Shown piece by piece: positions 17,797 through 25,599 of a DNA stretch of 28,746 bases. The number at the start of each line of letters is the position of its first letter. Within the stretch, counting starts at the first letter, position 1. The DNA comes from a virus. Lineage: Duplodnaviria; Caudoviricetes. The notes under the pieces were generated by a model. That model ran no database searches. It saw nothing but the letters and a program-made list of their open reading frames with translations, and was not told where the DNA came from. Location of the stretch: positions 1 through 28,746 of the IMG/VR virus record IMGVR_UViG_3300020045_002143. One strand, given 5' to 3'. The translations under genes and the position numbers were made by a program.

Positions 17797-18267
17797 TCAG
17801 GCGTTGAGGTTGATCTCGACCGTGGTCACACCGTTGCCCGCGGCCTTGGCGGCGTACCCTGCCAGCACGTTGGAGCCCACGGTGGTGGTCAGGCGGCTGT
17901 TGGCGTTGTCCCAGTACAGCAGGGCGCCTTGGGCGACCACGTCGGTGCTGAGTTTGGCGATGGTGAACACACCCTCAACCGCCACAGCGCCGGTGGCGCC
18001 ACTGGCAATGGCGGTCATGGCCACACCAACGCGGGCGCCGATCAGCAGCACCTGGCCGCTGGAGACGGCTGAGCCTGCAACGTAGTCGATCACGTCGCCA
18101 GACATCACGTATTTGGTGGTCATGCCTGCGGCACCGGCCATCGAGATGGCTGTGGCCATATCTGGCGACAGCAAGGTCGAGGCGTCAATGCCTGCTGCAT
18201 GGGCTGCCAGCCCAAGGCAAGCAATGGCCGCCACGGCCAAGAGGGGGAGAAAACGGAAGTGTTTCAT
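17797..18267 (-). CDS. DUF2190 capsid decoration/cement protein with a 48-aa hydrophobic N-terminal extension
   Basis: Core from MTTKYVMSGDVIDY (18123) with VSSGQV, GVA, EGVFTIAK, GALLYWD; AAGGA RBS precedes the upstream ATG 18267. Confidence 0.8.
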   Translation of the reverse strand: MKHFRFLPLLAVAAIACLGLAAHAAGIDASTLLSPDMATAISMAGAAGMTTKYVMSGDVIDYVAGSAVSSGQVLLIGARVGVAMTAIASGATGAVAVEGVFTIAKLSTDVVAQGALLYWDNANSRLTTTVGSNVLAGYAAKAAGNGVTTVEINLNA

Positions 18268-18307
18268 GGTGTGTCCTTAAAAGTCAAAACGGGTGGGTCA
18301 GGCGGGC

Positions 18308-20389
18308 TTAAGAGCCGGTGGAGCGCACAGCGCCGCGGAAGTCGACACCGCCAATGGCGTAGTCCATGCGCACCTTCCAGCGCGCACCGTCCACGCTGAA
18401 GCCGTTTTCCATCTCCAGGTAGGGGGTGTCGATGCCGTCAAGGAAGGCCACTTCCAGCACCGGGGCTTGGGCCGGGTCGGCAAACATGAACCATGGCGTG
18501 CCGCTCAGGCGCGGGGTGCCGACGATGCTGCTCACCATGGCGGCGGCAATGTTGGCGCGCTGGAGTTTGTTGGCGGCGTCCGGGTCATAGGTGCTGTTGT
18601 TCACCACCTTGGCCTGGCCGGCGATGGCGTCCGGGCCCAGCCACACGGCGGGGCTCAGGGCCAGGAAGTCGTTACCGCTCACGTCCTTCTGCGCGCTGAG
18701 AACCACACGGGCGGCCTCGAACGCGGTCACGGTGGGGGCGCCGGTGGAGACGTTGGCGTGGCTGGCATGGAACAGCGTTACACCGTCAGACAGCGTGGGG
18801 CCCATGCCGCTGTTGAGCGCCAGGGTGGCATACACATCGGCCTCAACTGTGCGTTTGGCGGAGCGGCCCAGGCTGGAGGCCAGGCCGGTGAGCGCGCCCA
18901 TGTCGTCGTTGATGATGGCCTCGCGGCTGATGTTGATGATGTTGCCCTTGGTGCCTGCGGTGAGGGTTGCCTTTTCGCCATCGGGGATGGTTTTGTTGCG
19001 GAATTCGCCCAGCTCGGTTTTGCTCTCCAGGTTGCTCAGTGAGCCGACGCGGTAGCGGTTGTGGGCGCGGAAGTCGCTGACGGTGCCACGGGCGCAAAAA
19101 ATCGTCCAGGTATCAGCCTGCAGGGCGTAGGCACCTTGCAGGGTTTTGTGCATGACGTTTTCCAGCAGCACAGGGAAATCGCTGGTGCTCTGGGTGAAGG
19201 CGGCGGCGACGATGGCGCGCTGGTCCATGCCGTCGGAGCGGATACCGGCGCGGGCCAGGCACATCTCGGCCAGGTTGAGTAGCTTGCGGCCGCGATAGGG
19301 GTTGGAGCCGTCGGCGCGCACGGGGCCGGACTTGTCAACGGTGATGTTGGCCTTGGCCAGCACGGCCTGGATCATGGCGTCGCGGTGTTTGTCGCCTTCG
19401 TCTTTGACCGTGTTGACCGTGATGTGGCCGGCCACCGGGGTGGCACCGGCGCCCAGGTGGGCCAGCAGTTTCAGGCCAGCGGCGTCGACCGTGCAGGCGG
19501 CGTCTGCCTGGCAGGCGGCGCGCAAGGCGGCCACGCCATCGCGCTCGGCAAATTTGGCAAAGCTGGCGTGGATGGCTTCGCGGCGAGTGTTGTCGGCGGC
19601 CAGCGCGGCTTGCACAGCAGCAGACACGTCGGCAGGGGCAGCGGCATCAGGGGGTGTGCCAGCCGCCGTGGGGGTGACTTGTTGGGTCATGGTGGGAGCT
19701 TTCAAGGTTGGCGTGGCGGCTGCCACGGAGGGGCGGGAAAATCGTGCAGACGCCTGCACGCGCAGGGCGGCAGAGGCGGCTACGGGCAAAGCGGTGGTGA
19801 CCGCGTCGACAAAGCCCATGGCCAGGGCCTCTTGGGCGGTGTAGTAGTGGTCGGTGCCATCGGTCAACAGGGCCAGCATGTCGGCAACCGGCTGGCCGGT
19901 TTTGGCGGCGTAGCTGGTGGACAGGGCGGCGCTGTACTGGTCCAGCATGTCAGCCGTGTCGCGCAGTTTGGCGCTGTTGCCCTCGGCATAGGTCCATGGG
20001 GCATGCACCATAAAAATGGCGTTCTCGGCCATCTCGACCTTGTCACCGGCCATGGCGATCAGGCTGGCGATGCTCATGGCCACACCGTCCACCACGGTGG
20101 TGACGGTGGCCGCGTGGCGCTTGATGGCGTTGTAGATGGCCACACCATCGGGCACGCTGCCGCCGTAGGAGTTGATGCGGATGGTGATGGCCTGCGCGGT
20201 GAGGGCGGCCAGGTCTTTGACGAACTGGGCGGCGCTGACTGTCTCGGCCCACCAGCTCTCGCCGATGTCGCCGTAAATGAAGATTTCAGCCTCGGCCACC
20301 GGGGTGCCGCCAGCGGCTGCAGCGGCTGCGGCCAGGGGGGACTTTTGGCGGATGCTGTACCAAGTTTGGGGTGTGGCGGCTTGTGTCAT
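18308..20389 (-). CDS. ClpP-type prohead protease fused to major capsid protein
   Basis: IFIYGDIG, INSYGGSV, GVAMSIAS (Ser), MVHAPW (His), TAQEAL..GFVD; then Ala-rich scaffold and capsid (STSDFP.LL, SREAIINDD, RMDYAIG..DFRG). Confidence 0.92.
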   Translation of the reverse strand: MTQAATPQTWYSIRQKSPLAAAAAAAGGTPVAEAEIFIYGDIGESWWAETVSAAQFVKDLAALTAQAITIRINSYGGSVPDGVAIYNAIKRHAATVTTVVDGVAMSIASLIAMAGDKVEMAENAIFMVHAPWTYAEGNSAKLRDTADMLDQYSAALSTSYAAKTGQPVADMLALLTDGTDHYYTAQEALAMGFVDAVTTALPVAASAALRVQASARFSRPSVAAATPTLKAPTMTQQVTPTAAGTPPDAAAPADVSAAVQAALAADNTRREAIHASFAKFAERDGVAALRAACQADAACTVDAAGLKLLAHLGAGATPVAGHITVNTVKDEGDKHRDAMIQAVLAKANITVDKSGPVRADGSNPYRGRKLLNLAEMCLARAGIRSDGMDQRAIVAAAFTQSTSDFPVLLENVMHKTLQGAYALQADTWTIFCARGTVSDFRAHNRYRVGSLSNLESKTELGEFRNKTIPDGEKATLTAGTKGNIINISREAIINDDMGALTGLASSLGRSAKRTVEADVYATLALNSGMGPTLSDGVTLFHASHANVSTGAPTVTAFEAARVVLSAQKDVSGNDFLALSPAVWLGPDAIAGQAKVVNNSTYDPDAANKLQRANIAAAMVSSIVGTPRLSGTPWFMFADPAQAPVLEVAFLDGIDTPYLEMENGFSVDGARWKVRMDYAIGGVDFRGAVRSTGS

Positions 20390-20395
20390 GGCCGC

Positions 20396-20441
20396 AATGT
20401 AGGCGGCGGGCTGTCTAGTCTTTAAGCAAAAAAGCTGGACT
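20396..20441 (-). promoter_or_regulatory. Late promoter box 1 (putative Mor/C-type activator site plus -10)
   Basis: 31-bp box 20411-20441 identical to 25528-25558; TACATT 9 nt downstream on the - strand, ATG 6 nt further. Confidence 0.75.
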
Positions 20442-20464
20442 ATTTTTAGTTTGGCAGCTGGGCG

Positions 20465-21385
20465 TCAAACAAGCGTCAAAGTCTTCCATTGGCCATCACT
20501 TAGGCCTCTGTCATCGTGGTACATATCGGTCATAGCCTGGTGCTTGTGGCCTAAAAGCACCATGGTATTGATGCCTTGCGCGCGGTACAGGCGCTCTGAA
20601 AGCGAGCGGCATTCGTGCAGCGATGTCGGGGCACCGGATTTTGGCGGTGCAATGGATGCTTCGCGGGCTTCTTCAAATCGCGCAGATAGACTGGCATCGC
20701 CGGGGCGCTTGCCGGTCGACTTGCGCAGCAGGTATTCATCGCCCACCGCGTAATCCCGGCAGGACTCGATCACGTCGCCAAGGGTGAGCCCGAGGGCGTC
20801 GAGGCGCAGGGCCAGAGGGAGCGCCAACTTCGCCCCGGTCTTTGCTTGCTCAATGTGAAGGTGGTCATCCCACACGTCAGCAAATCGCATCTTGACGAGA
20901 TCAGAGCGGCGCTGGCCGGTGACCAGGGCCAGCACCATCATGCGGCTGACCCAGCCGGGCATGTGTGCGGCGGCATGGCCGTGAATGGCCGTCCACTGCT
21001 CCAGGGTCAGGCGATTGCGCGCCACTGTGACACGCTGCGCCCGCACCTGGTCGGCCGGGTTGCGGTCCACCCAGCCATAGGTCAGCGCACCGCTGAAGAT
21101 TGACTTGGCCTCGATCAGCACGCGCTTGGCCAGAGGCGGGTGCTCTTTGTGCACTCGACCAATGAAGGCTGACACGTCGTGCGGCCGGATGCTTGAGATG
21201 ATCCTGTCGCGCCCCAGGCCCCGAAGCACATGGGCCATCGAACACCTCCGGTTGGCCTTGGTCTTGTCGGTGATCGGCAGGCCAGCGATGATCTGGTCGT
21301 AGACGCCTGACCATTGCCCCAGCGTGCGGTAGCGGGGCCTTACGGCGCCCACTGTCCGCGAGATGAGGAACGAGGTCAGGGACAT
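20465..21385 (-). CDS. Second tyrosine recombinase, lambda-Int-like, lacking the N-terminal arm-binding domain
   Basis: VTGQRRSD (R), QAKTG (K), LHECRSLSERLY (HxxR), LLGHK (H), MYHDDRG (Y); only 306 aa. Confidence 0.9.
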   Translation of the reverse strand: MSLTSFLISRTVGAVRPRYRTLGQWSGVYDQIIAGLPITDKTKANRRCSMAHVLRGLGRDRIISSIRPHDVSAFIGRVHKEHPPLAKRVLIEAKSIFSGALTYGWVDRNPADQVRAQRVTVARNRLTLEQWTAIHGHAAAHMPGWVSRMMVLALVTGQRRSDLVKMRFADVWDDHLHIEQAKTGAKLALPLALRLDALGLTLGDVIESCRDYAVGDEYLLRKSTGKRPGDASLSARFEEAREASIAPPKSGAPTSLHECRSLSERLYRAQGINTMVLLGHKHQAMTDMYHDDRGLSDGQWKTLTLV

Positions 21386-21396
21386 GAAACGGGCGT

Positions 21397-21422
21397 GTGA
21401 TGAAAGTATTAGATTTACCCGA
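21397..21422. repeat. Putative recombination site A
   Basis: gtgatgaaagtattagatttacccga; 20/26 identical to site B; contains the stop codon of 21415-21672. Confidence 0.65.
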
Positions 21423-21672
21423 GAGCCTTACCACCAAAGCGCATGGACACCCAGTCGCCAGCAGCCTGCCCAATAACGACTGCGGCGACTACAAACCAGT
21501 CGCCATCCATCACGCCGACGACACCGCCAGACAGCACCAGAAGGCGCACAAGGTTGGCCGCAGCGTTGAGTAAGATCGTTGCCCATTGCTTGTCTGCCGC
21601 AATGGCTTGCACTGCTGATGTGCGTAGGACAGCGTGGGCAAACTGCCCCAGGAAGATCAGAAAAATAGTCAT
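21415..21672 (-). CDS. 85-aa three-TM membrane protein (DUF5698-like pattern), putative cassette 2
   Basis: Three hydrophobic segments; no evident SD; bounded by sites B and A. Confidence 0.65.
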   Translation of the reverse strand: MTIFLIFLGQFAHAVLRTSAVQAIAADKQWATILLNAAANLVRLLVLSGGVVGVMDGDWFVVAAVVIGQAAGDWVSMRFGGKALG

Positions 21673-21673
21673 G

Positions 21674-21699
21674 GTGCTGAGATCGTTAGATTTACACGA
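21674..21699. repeat. Putative recombination site B
   Basis: gtgctgagatcgttagatttacacga; contains the stop codon of 21692-23617. Confidence 0.65.
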
Positions 21700-23617
21700 A
21701 CTTGTCGGCGGTCAGTGTTGCCGCGCCCAGTCTGTAGCCAACAGAGTTCCCGTGCGTTCCGTCAATGGTTGCGTAGTATGCGGACCCGTTGACCGCCCAC
21801 TTACTGGTTTCCGTTGGGTAACTATCCTCCACCGCAGCGGACGGGTCGAAGTACCCAGTAATATCCAACAGGGGATGCAGCGACCGAATGGCATCGTTGA
21901 CATAGTGGCGGCGGGACGTTGGACCGCCGTAACCACCACCCGACGAAGGCGTCTGATTTACCGCAGTAGCCCAGTTATCAGTTGAAGCAGCATCGGGGGT
22001 TGCTGTCATCGCAATCATGTTGACGTTCGGCAGTATGGCGCGAATCTGTTGATTCACGTTTGCCATCTGCACCAACACCTGCGCTGCGCCGCGAACGGTT
22101 GAATCAACAATTGGCTGCAAGTAGGCCCAAACGCAGGTTCCATCAACTATGCCGCCGCTCGTACTTGCTGGTCCGGTTCCAGATGCCGCAGAAGTTCCCG
22201 CGACTACGCATACATAAATGTTTGAATTTGCCTGTTTTGTATCCCACTTTGCGTAAGCCGTTGAAATGGCCCAGCTTCCATAGGAAATACCGGCCTGCAT
22301 GTCGTTATGCACATTGGCATTGATGACGTGTGTCGGGTTGGCAAGCTGGAGCAGCGCCCGGCGATAAGCCCAATTTGACGGGGTGATCAGGTACTTATTG
22401 CCATCAGACCCGCGCCCAAGGCCGCCGCCGCTGTAGCCAAGGTTCTCCCATATGCCGCGCTCGATGAAGCCGCGGTTACCCAGCGCGGAGCCAACGCCAT
22501 CGCCCTCGGAGCCCGAACCGCTGCCGCCTTCTCCTACACCGTAGCTCAATGAGTCACCGACAAACCAGATGAACGGGTCTCCTGAGTCGGTTTCGATCAG
22601 CAGCATGATCGGCGTGAAGTAGTTGCTGTTGCCGCCCTGAGTTGCCGGGGCTGCAGTGATGGAAGTGGCAGACTTTGCTGTATCAAGAGCAATTTGAGAC
22701 TGCGCTACAGTGGTGCCGTTCAACGATGCGTAGCCCACGTAGCGCTGCAAGAAGTTGCTGGACGAGCGGGTGTAGGGAATGCGACCCGTAATTGGTGTTC
22801 CCGCTGTCGCTTCTTCGACCGTAGTCCACAGCCCAAAGAACTGCTCCGCTTCAACATAGCTTCCGAGGTCGAGTACATCGCTAATCAGGTAGCCGTTCGC
22901 AGGCGGCGATGCTTGCCGATACTGGGCGACCTCGCTCGATCCAAACTTGAACATCTTTCGAGGCGACAGGCCCGTTGTGGCGTTCTGGTAAACCTGTTCA
23001 AAACCCACTTGGAAGTTGTAGTCGTTGGTGAAATTGGTGTCCACGATTGGAGTCCCAGCGAGTGGCTGGAAGCATTGCAGGACAGCCCGAACACGCCGAA
23101 ACCGGGTGTTTGAATAGTGCCGGGTACGGTGCAGCATGGAGTAAGCCGAGCCGCCTCCAAACCCTTGCACGTCCACGGACATGCCTTGGTTGATGCCGCG
23201 CCACGTAAGCGCAACGGCATCGACGTTTCGGCCAGCTACCTGGGTTGCAATCCTCCCGGTGACAAGGTTAGTTCCTGCATCAACCATGCCCGGCTGCGGG
23301 CTGAGTAAAAGGCTACCGGTGGAGCTGGGGTTTGCGGCCACCTCAGACGCCAATCCAGCCAGGCGGCCGATGCCAAAAACAGTCGTGAATTTTTTGGTGG
23401 TGTTGTTCCAATACACTTTGTCACCCACAGCCCATGCCTCCGCGCTGGTCTTGGCAACATAAAACTCGCCTTGGGTGATGATGTCGGTTTGCGCGCCAGC
23501 CTTGCAATCAGCCGTGGCCAGACCAAACAGGCTGCCCACGAGGACGCCCGCTCCTTGCAGCAGGTCATACGGCGCGAGAACATGGATGATGTTGCCTTCT
23601 TGCTTGTAATTTCTCAT
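21692..23617 (-). CDS. DUF2190 decoration domain fused to an SGNH/GDSL hydrolase with an inserted CBM-like module
   Basis: aa 1-~106 DUF2190 (MRNYKQEGNII...GEFYVAK..AEAWAVGDKVYWN); SGNH blocks FVGDSLSYG, GRGSDG, VHND, DGTH; insert WAISTAY...YVCVVAGTS...DGTCVW. Confidence 0.8.
   Translation of the reverse strand: MRNYKQEGNIIHVLAPYDLLQGAGVLVGSLFGLATADCKAGAQTDIITQGEFYVAKTSAEAWAVGDKVYWNNTTKKFTTVFGIGRLAGLASEVAANPSSTGSLLLSPQPGMVDAGTNLVTGRIATQVAGRNVDAVALTWRGINQGMSVDVQGFGGGSAYSMLHRTRHYSNTRFRRVRAVLQCFQPLAGTPIVDTNFTNDYNFQVGFEQVYQNATTGLSPRKMFKFGSSEVAQYRQASPPANGYLISDVLDLGSYVEAEQFFGLWTTVEEATAGTPITGRIPYTRSSSNFLQRYVGYASLNGTTVAQSQIALDTAKSATSITAAPATQGGNSNYFTPIMLLIETDSGDPFIWFVGDSLSYGVGEGGSGSGSEGDGVGSALGNRGFIERGIWENLGYSGGGLGRGSDGNKYLITPSNWAYRRALLQLANPTHVINANVHNDMQAGISYGSWAISTAYAKWDTKQANSNIYVCVVAGTSAASGTGPASTSGGIVDGTCVWAYLQPIVDSTVRGAAQVLVQMANVNQQIRAILPNVNMIAMTATPDAASTDNWATAVNQTPSSGGGYGGPTSRRHYVNDAIRSLHPLLDITGYFDPSAAVEDSYPTETSKWAVNGSAYYATIDGTHGNSVGYRLGAATLTADKFV
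23256..23282. repeat. Putative recombination site C, inside the DUF2190-fusion gene at the domain junction
   Basis: ccggtgacaaggttagttcctgcatca shares GnTGAnAnnnTTAGnT with sites A and B; falls at about codons 112-121. Confidence 0.5.
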
Positions 23618-23626
23618 TTCATGCTT

Positions 23627-25240
23627 TCATTTGACAGGGGTGAATTGGCTGGCCAGGGCGGCATCGTCGCCTTGCGTCGGGGTCTTTGGGCCTGCTGCTG
23701 CAGTCTGGGCGGCCACAGCGTTGGCGGCGGTGTTGTCGTTAGCGGCGTCGCTGCTCAAAATCAGCTCGGCGCGGGCGGCTTCTTTGCGCCACTGGATGAT
23801 TTGCTCCAGCACGTCGCGCGGGTTGCGCCCGCCTTTGCGGATGGCTTCGACCTCGCTCATGAAACCGGCTTTGGTGAGCACCACCAGGGCCTGGGCCTCT
23901 TTCATGGGGTCGATCCAAGGCATGGCCTGGGCGACAAACAGCGCATCGTTTTCGGTGCCTGGCATCACGTCGGGCGGGGTTTTGACCACGCCGGAGAGGT
24001 GGGCGGCTTGCACAAAGCCGTCCCACACGGGCTTGACCCACATGCCGGTGAAGGCGTCGGTCAAGGTGGCATAGTTGATCCACTGCTCGACCAGTTCCTG
24101 GCGCTGGGCGGAATAAGTGCCGTTGTAGTCGCGGGCAATACTGCTGTAGCTGGCCCCTACACCGGCGGCGGTGGCGCGTAATTGGCCCTGGCGGAAGGTG
24201 ACGACGTTGGGGTTTGGGCGGTTGCTGTCAATCAGGCCAATCTCTTCACCCACCTGCAGTCCGTCGATGATCATGCCGGGGGTCAGGCGCAGGTCGCGGC
24301 CCAGGGGGTTGCCGTCAGAGTCGCGTTGGCTGACGGGAACGCTGGCGGGGTCGTAGCCGTCGGGGCTGTTTTTCTTGACGTAGGCGGTAAGCGCGGCGGC
24401 CACTTTGGCGGCGATGCGCTCACTGTCTTCATAGTCTTTGATGTCCTCAAGCCGGGCGATGATGCTGGCAAATTCGGTGATGCCGCGCATCTGGCCAATG
24501 CGGTCGCGCAGGGCCACGTGGATGACGCGGTCGGCACTGATGCGCTTGAGGTCTTGGGTGCTCAGGCTGATGGCGCTGGCCCCGTCAAGCGGGTTGCCGC
24601 GGTAGACGTGGTATGCAATGGGGCGGCCCCAGGCGTTGCGCTCGATGCCCTGGCGGATGCGCTCGCCCTGATCGAAGCCCATGGGGCAGAGGTCGGCCTC
24701 AAACAGCTCCAGGCTATAGGGCACGCGGCTGGCGTGGGTGAGGCCGGGGGTGAGGCCGATCAGCTCTTGGGCAAAGGATTCCCCGTCCCGGATCCAGGTG
24801 CTGACGGTGAGGCGCTGCATGGCGGCGTCGGTGTGCAGGCCGGTGACTTCGGGGGCGGCGCGCCATTCGCGGTGGGCATGGCGCAGGGCGGCGGCGTACT
24901 CTTCGTGGATGCTGCCATCTTTGCGGCGGGGCTGGGGCTCGATGCCGATGCCGCTGGGGCCAACAATGTTGTTGGTCATGGTGCGGATGATGCCGCGGCC
25001 AATATCGTTGTTGCGCTGGATGTGGCGCGCCTGGGCCATGAGGGCGCCCGCGCCTTGCTGGACGATCTGGTTTGGCCCCAAGCGGTCGCGGTAGAACTTG
25101 CGGCTGTTGCTGGGGCTGGCGGCCTCATGCGCGGCGTAGGCGCGGATTTTGTCGTAGGCGTTGCGGGCGCCCAGGCGGCGCAGGCCTGCGGCGGGGGAGA
25201 TGTAGCCGACCAGGCGGTCGACGATGTTGAGGTCGCGCAT
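23627..25240 (-). CDS. Portal protein, lambda family
   Basis: IVGPSGI, RDGESF, RQGIERNAWGRPIAYH, GQMRG, YSAQRQEL, PWIDPMKE. Confidence 0.93.
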   Translation of the reverse strand: MRDLNIVDRLVGYISPAAGLRRLGARNAYDKIRAYAAHEAASPSNSRKFYRDRLGPNQIVQQGAGALMAQARHIQRNNDIGRGIIRTMTNNIVGPSGIGIEPQPRRKDGSIHEEYAAALRHAHREWRAAPEVTGLHTDAAMQRLTVSTWIRDGESFAQELIGLTPGLTHASRVPYSLELFEADLCPMGFDQGERIRQGIERNAWGRPIAYHVYRGNPLDGASAISLSTQDLKRISADRVIHVALRDRIGQMRGITEFASIIARLEDIKDYEDSERIAAKVAAALTAYVKKNSPDGYDPASVPVSQRDSDGNPLGRDLRLTPGMIIDGLQVGEEIGLIDSNRPNPNVVTFRQGQLRATAAGVGASYSSIARDYNGTYSAQRQELVEQWINYATLTDAFTGMWVKPVWDGFVQAAHLSGVVKTPPDVMPGTENDALFVAQAMPWIDPMKEAQALVVLTKAGFMSEVEAIRKGGRNPRDVLEQIIQWRKEAARAELILSSDAANDNTAANAVAAQTAAAGPKTPTQGDDAALASQFTPVK

Positions 25241-25256
25241 GGTGGGTGTGAGTCGG

Positions 25257-25502
25257 TCAGTTGAAGCGGGCGCTGGTGTAGGCCATGCCGGCAAAAGTGG
25301 GCTGGCCAGCGGCAGCGGCGCTGAGTTGGTTGACGGTGCGCTGCCACTGGGCGATGCCTTTTTGCACCAGGGCCAAATCCGTCTGACGGTCGGTGCGGTC
25401 GGCGCCAGATCCGCTGACGCGAATCTCTTGAGCCTCAAGGATGCGTGATTCGGCGGCCTGGTATTCGGCGAGTTTGGCTTGGGCTTGAGCTAGGGTGGTC
25501 AT
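25257..25502 (-). CDS. Head completion protein (gpW-like)
   Basis: MTTLAQAQAKLAEYQAAESRIL...DLALVQKGIAQW; small gene just before the portal. Confidence 0.75.
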   Translation of the reverse strand: MTTLAQAQAKLAEYQAAESRILEAQEIRVSGSGADRTDRQTDLALVQKGIAQWQRTVNQLSAAAAGQPTFAGMAYTSARFN

Positions 25503-25512
25503 ATGGACGCTG

Positions 25513-25558
25513 ACCATACCGCCCACCCTGTCTAGTCTTTAAGCAAAAAAGCTGGACT
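25513..25558 (-). promoter_or_regulatory. Late promoter box 2 (putative Mor/C-type activator site plus -10)
   Basis: Same 31-bp box at 25528-25558; TATGGT 9 nt downstream on the - strand, ATG 10 nt further. Confidence 0.75.
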
Positions 25559-25599
25559 TTTATTGTGGCGTTTCCTGCCTTGCGACTATGGTGGTCGGG

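Noticed and set aside
20901-21473. 190-aa alternative-frame ORF overlapping the recombinase, in frame with DUF2190 if the array were empty
   Set aside because: Arg/Pro/Gly-rich off-frame composition with no recognisable domain; probably incidental.
21409-23273. Classical integron (GTTAGAT/ATCTAAC resembles the GTTRRRY/RYYYAAC core)
   Set aside because: The intergenic gaps are only about 20-30 bp with no attC hairpin, and the recombinase has lambda-Int-type motifs rather than IntI features.
17797-23617. Recent nucleotide duplication of the two DUF2190 domains as a recombination substrate
   Set aside because: Similarity is at the protein-motif level only; no extended DNA identity was seen.
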